Positions 61,001-64,000 of a stretch of DNA of 64,000 bases are shown here, piece after piece. Position 1 is the stretch's first letter, and each line of letters begins with the position of its first letter. The stretch covers positions 1,888,001 to 1,952,000 of the forward strand of contig OZ244170.1 of assembly GCA_965216565.1 (NCBI GenBank), written 5' to 3'. The stretch comes from Bythopirellula sp. GTDB taxonomy: Bacteria; Planctomycetota; Planctomycetia; Pirellulales; Lacipirellulaceae. Position numbers and translations under genes: made by a program. Below the pieces are notes generated by a model. The model was not told the DNA's origin. It worked only from the letters and a program-made list of their open reading frames with translations, and made no database searches.

Positions 61001-63472
61001 CTCGATGCTTTGCTTTCTGTCTGGTCGGGGCCATTGGACTACGCTAGCCGAATCCTTGCTATTGAGGACTCAAGCTTCTCTGGGTACCTCGAATCGCACG
61101 CAACCGTCATGGACGATTATGTGCCTGATTCTGTAAGTGGAAGCGACGGCAAGGATTGGTTCTTCAAGCCAGGTGTACTCGGCATCTATGACGCTGCGAG
61201 TACTGGTGGAGGGACTCACGGTGGAGGCGGTCAACATCAGGGACCGGTCATTCTGCAAAATGCTCCGGTCGTTGAAGGCTTTGCTCTGATCGACTCGCTC
61301 GACCATCTAGAAGATAAGAGCGCAGATGAGGCATTACACACTCTGATCCCCCACGGTGACGACGCTGTCAAGCAAAAAGAGCACCTGGCGCTGTTCGAAC
61401 TAGTGAAGTACGACCAAGTAACACATACCGCTATGCAAAACGGCGACTGGTCGAATCCATCCACTTGGGCGAATGGCATCGTACCATCGGCTAATGCCCG
61501 CGTGCTGATTCCGGTAGGTGTCGAAGTAACGGTTGACGGTGTAATCTCGACAGAGTTTTTCTCAGTTCGAATAGACGGCACACTTGCGTTCGCTACAAAT
61601 GTCGATACCGAACTTCGTGCCGACACAATCATCGGCTCGGCGGCCAGCACCCTTCGCATGGGCACTTCCACACAGCCTATCGAACCAAATGTCACAGCCA
61701 GAATGGTCTTTACTGATAATGGCGCAATCGACCGCGTCTACGACCCTTTCGGTATCAGTCGCGGGCTTATCACCCGTGGCTCTGTGGAAGTTCACGGCAC
61801 CGAAGTCACTCCGTATCACGAAATAGCTGGCAACGCACTCTCCAATCAAGCAGCCATCCGACTCTCAGCCATACCCACTGACTGGAATGTGGGAGACGAA
61901 ATCGTTATCGCGGGAACCTCTTCCGATGCGATCGAAGATGAAACGCGCACTATCACCGCTATCTTTGGTGACTTGGTGTTCCTCTCAACACGCTTGGTCT
62001 ACGATCATGTTGCACCTACTCCCGAGTTGAGTATCCATGTCGCGAACCTGACTCGCAATGTGGTCTTCGAATCTGAGGGAACCGACATCGACAGACGTGG
62101 TCACACGATGTTTATGCACAATCGTGATGTACACGTCGCAAACGCCGCTTTCAATAGCTTAGGGCGAACCGATAAGTCTGTTTGGATCGACGATTCCGTA
62201 GTCGACGAGAATTGGCAGCTTGTCGCTGGCACTGGAACCAATCAGCGGGCTCGCTACTCCGTCCACTTCCATCGCAATGGCACCCTGGCCGATGGCAACC
62301 CGTCAACCGTCGTGGGTAGCGTGGTGAACGACAGCCCTGGGTGGGGCTTTACGAACCACAGTAGTTATGTCGACTTCACAGGCAACGTTTCGGTGAACGT
62401 TAACGGTGCAGGCTTCGCGACTGAGGTCGGCGACGAAACTGGCACCTTCAGCAATAACATTTCACTTTCCAATACCGGCTCAGGTGAAAACGATAACGAT
62501 CGTATCGACGTCCAGGACTTCGGTCACACAGGCGCTGGCTTCTGGTTCCAGGGCGCCGGTATCACAGTGGTCGATAACATCGCCACAAGTTCCGAGGGTA
62601 GTGGTTTCATCTTTTATACCCGAGGACTGATCGAGGGAAGTAACGGCCTGCCGGCTCATTACCTCACCGCCAATCTGACGGACCCCTCCATCGCTCAAGG
62701 TGCAGAGACAATCTTGGTGGATCATGTACCGGTAAAAGAATTCCAACGGAACGAAGCTTATGGCTCAAGTATTGGATTCACAATTCGGTATCATCTCCGA
62801 GAAGTGACTCACAATGGCTGGAGCACATTCGAGAATTCGACGTTCTGGAACAACGAAGTGGGCATGGATATTCCGTATACAATGCAAACCAATCTTCGTG
62901 ACATCGTTATCAAGCGAGATATCTCAGGCGTAGATTCCTCGATGGGAATCAACTCGAACCCTGTCACCGCAGATATCTTGTATGACAACCTGACTATCAT
63001 TGGTTACAACCTGGGAATTGTGGCTCCCCGCTCTGGAGCGAGCATCATTCAAGGCGGCACATTCCAGAATCGGATAGCTATTGTGGTTCGCCCAGCGATC
63101 GAAGCGAATAGCGAAATTCGCGTCGAAGGTCCAATTACATTCGTGCCATTGCCACAAGCCTATGCCCATCCAGGCCAGTGGGAGGTTGAGATGCGGTTCA
63201 TCACCGCTCCCTACCAGAGCAGCACTAACTATCTGTATCTGCCACGAACAACAATTTTGAATTACGGCCCGCACTCGAATCGCCTGATGTACTTTAGCGA
63301 ACAGGCAGCCGATGCGATTCCATTCCCCGTGGCAACGGCTGGGATTCCACCTGCCTACATCGGACTAACCACACAGCAATTGTCTGATCTGTATGGCCTG
63401 CTTCCCTCGAATATGTTTGCTCCTACCGGGGTTGTCACTGATCCCGATTTCATCGGTCTACTCGATCCTTAA
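58091..63472 (+). CDS. Large extracellular protein: LEPRxLL leader + RTX Ca-binding repeats + G8 domain + beta-helix
   Basis: EQLEPRKLLS; long run of GGxGxDxL nonapeptides; NGDWSNPSTW..G.VP (G8); RYSVHFH; GHTGAGFWF. Confidence 0.88.
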   Translation: MGIRSDLWQLIAASFCFNKSTEKSLLKNRPQLGIEQLEPRKLLSVSRVQISSLAPTLIIEGSNLDDVVTVSENVPNVLTVSYECNGQQMTDTFDKSLVDKIVFQGLDGNDQFTNQTDLPTIAYGHAGTDILTGGSGADELWGGTGDDTLTGGAGADTIRGEEGADLILGQGGRDILDGGLDEDQIYGGIGDDTIYGREANDLLYGEDGNDIVSGNEGNDILEGGDGNDILDGDSGNDTLRGDDGVDTLRGEDGNDLLVGGLGDDTLIGGEHSDQLYGGGDNDFLHGEGGNDLLFGEAGDDVVYGDAGDDILDGDDGDDTLEGGDGNDVLRGDAGADILRGEGGQDQLEGGAGDDSLIGGFDNDTLIGGDDADQLRGGDGNDILEGNGGNDDLFGDNGDDDLKGGLGDDQLWGGQEDDILNGAFGADTLRGEAGNDTLLGGSENDMLIGGDGNDSLTGSTGDDSLFGGLGDDTLYGNTGIDILDGDAGNDVLYGGTGDDDLFGDLGNDEIYGHDGIDNLRGGDGSDTLRGGDGNDTLSGQQGVDTLFGEAGDDTLDGGSENDTLEGQAGIDTLLGGDGDDLLRGGTENDILSGQAGFDSLLGGDGDDILDGGTEDDSLFGHNGNDTLRGGEGNDLLYGQLGNDYLEGQNGNDSLYGHDGVDQLHGGDGNDVLSGAAENDTLTGGAGNDTVIGGTGDDTIDGGLGNDTLRGDAGDDTIDGSDGDDLLIGNDGNDTLNGGAGADNIIAGDGNDVANGNADNDVIQGGAGNDTLNGQSGDDALSGGDGNDIISGQQGNDLLQGSFGADTLYGNDGNDEIYGGDDFDVVYGGADDDQISGGDGNDLLHGEAGDDTISGNNGHDTITGGTENDQLFGNEGRDTLQGLSGDDLIYGAEGDDTILGGTGDDMIFGEGGDDYIEGAVGNDLLSGGDGADDLQAGDGQDVLIGGDAIDVLNGSAGEDLLIGGIVDHSFADLDALLSVWSGPLDYASRILAIEDSSFSGYLESHATVMDDYVPDSVSGSDGKDWFFKPGVLGIYDAASTGGGTHGGGGQHQGPVILQNAPVVEGFALIDSLDHLEDKSADEALHTLIPHGDDAVKQKEHLALFELVKYDQVTHTAMQNGDWSNPSTWANGIVPSANARVLIPVGVEVTVDGVISTEFFSVRIDGTLAFATNVDTELRADTIIGSAASTLRMGTSTQPIEPNVTARMVFTDNGAIDRVYDPFGISRGLITRGSVEVHGTEVTPYHEIAGNALSNQAAIRLSAIPTDWNVGDEIVIAGTSSDAIEDETRTITAIFGDLVFLSTRLVYDHVAPTPELSIHVANLTRNVVFESEGTDIDRRGHTMFMHNRDVHVANAAFNSLGRTDKSVWIDDSVVDENWQLVAGTGTNQRARYSVHFHRNGTLADGNPSTVVGSVVNDSPGWGFTNHSSYVDFTGNVSVNVNGAGFATEVGDETGTFSNNISLSNTGSGENDNDRIDVQDFGHTGAGFWFQGAGITVVDNIATSSEGSGFIFYTRGLIEGSNGLPAHYLTANLTDPSIAQGAETILVDHVPVKEFQRNEAYGSSIGFTIRYHLREVTHNGWSTFENSTFWNNEVGMDIPYTMQTNLRDIVIKRDISGVDSSMGINSNPVTADILYDNLTIIGYNLGIVAPRSGASIIQGGTFQNRIAIVVRPAIEANSEIRVEGPITFVPLPQAYAHPGQWEVEMRFITAPYQSSTNYLYLPRTTILNYGPHSNRLMYFSEQAADAIPFPVATAGIPPAYIGLTTQQLSDLYGLLPSNMFAPTGVVTDPDFIGLLDP

Positions 63473-63515
63473 TTGCGGCAGACAACCCACACATCGATTA
63501 TCAAAGGTCCTATCC

Positions 63516-63689
63516 ATGTCGACTGATCCCCTTCAGAAAAACAAGCAGGAATACACCGAACTAATCGAGAAAATTAGTGCGGAAGGATCACCGGTGGGTA
63601 TCGACGCAAAGTACACGCATGCGATAATCATCGAATATCTGCAGCAAATCTCTGCACGACTCGATCGTCTCGAAGCTCGCCTCTCCTAA
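63516..63689 (+). CDS. Small hypothetical protein
   Basis: MSTDP...SPVGIDAKYTHAIII...RLDRLE. Confidence 0.65.
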   Translation: MSTDPLQKNKQEYTELIEKISAEGSPVGIDAKYTHAIIIEYLQQISARLDRLEARLS

Positions 63690-63834
63690 CAACGCACACG
63701 TTTCTCGTGCCGTTCACTCTGGGAAATCTCTGCCGAGGCTGGTAAAACAGGCAGACTGAGATCTGCTCTTTTTGCCGATCTAATCCGAAGTCCCTGCGAT
63801 CTCGCATGCGCGTAAACCACTGGTGGCTGTTCTG

Positions 63835-64000
63835 ATGGAACATCTGACTCTCCCACATTTCTTTCTCCATCTAGGCAATGTGCTCTACCTATGTGCCTAT
63901 TCGGTGCGAGATATCCTGTGGTTGCGCATTCTGATGGTCGTGGCCATGTTTTCGTTGCTGCCCTATTACTATTGCTGTTCTACAACTCCGCTCTACGAAG
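63835..64000 (+). CDS. Popeye-like membrane protein N-terminus (partial)
   Basis: Manual translation MEHLTLPHFFLHLGNVLYLCAYSVRDILWLRILMVVAMFSLLPYYY; open to the window end. Confidence 0.6.
   Translation, partial: MEHLTLPHFFLHLGNVLYLCAYSVRDILWLRILMVVAMFSLLPYYYCCSTTPLYE

Overview
Mostly core-genome segment of a planctomycete, probably Pirellulales/Lacipirellulaceae-like. This assignment is inferred from five PEP-CTERM proteins, an N-terminal LEPRxLL protein, mcsA-mcsB and the style of the dispersed palindromes. Recognisable housekeeping genes are sodA, gltX, an isocitrate/isopropylmalate dehydrogenase, rtcB, ppk2, mcsB, mcsA, trpE, pyrF, uvrB, nadC, rpsU, a UbiB/ABC1 kinase and tRNA-Cys(GCA). 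Accessory or envelope genes include an Amidase_2, a MoaD/ThiS-like protein paired with a BNR propeller, two GGDEF proteins, a Secretin_N-repeat protein, a VKOR-DsbA fusion, an MBOAT + SGNH-like pair, a Cys-rich outer-membrane barrel and a 1793-aa RTX-G8 protein. No prophage, IS transposase or CRISPR array was seen. The most unusual signals are non-coding. One is a self-contained ~290-nt minus-strand unit divergent from rtcB, with a 15-nt extended Shine-Dalgarno and a 13-codon ORF. Another is an orphan terminated sRNA candidate after nadC. There are also several repeated MITE/REP-like palindromes. All calls come from motif reading; no database searches were run.
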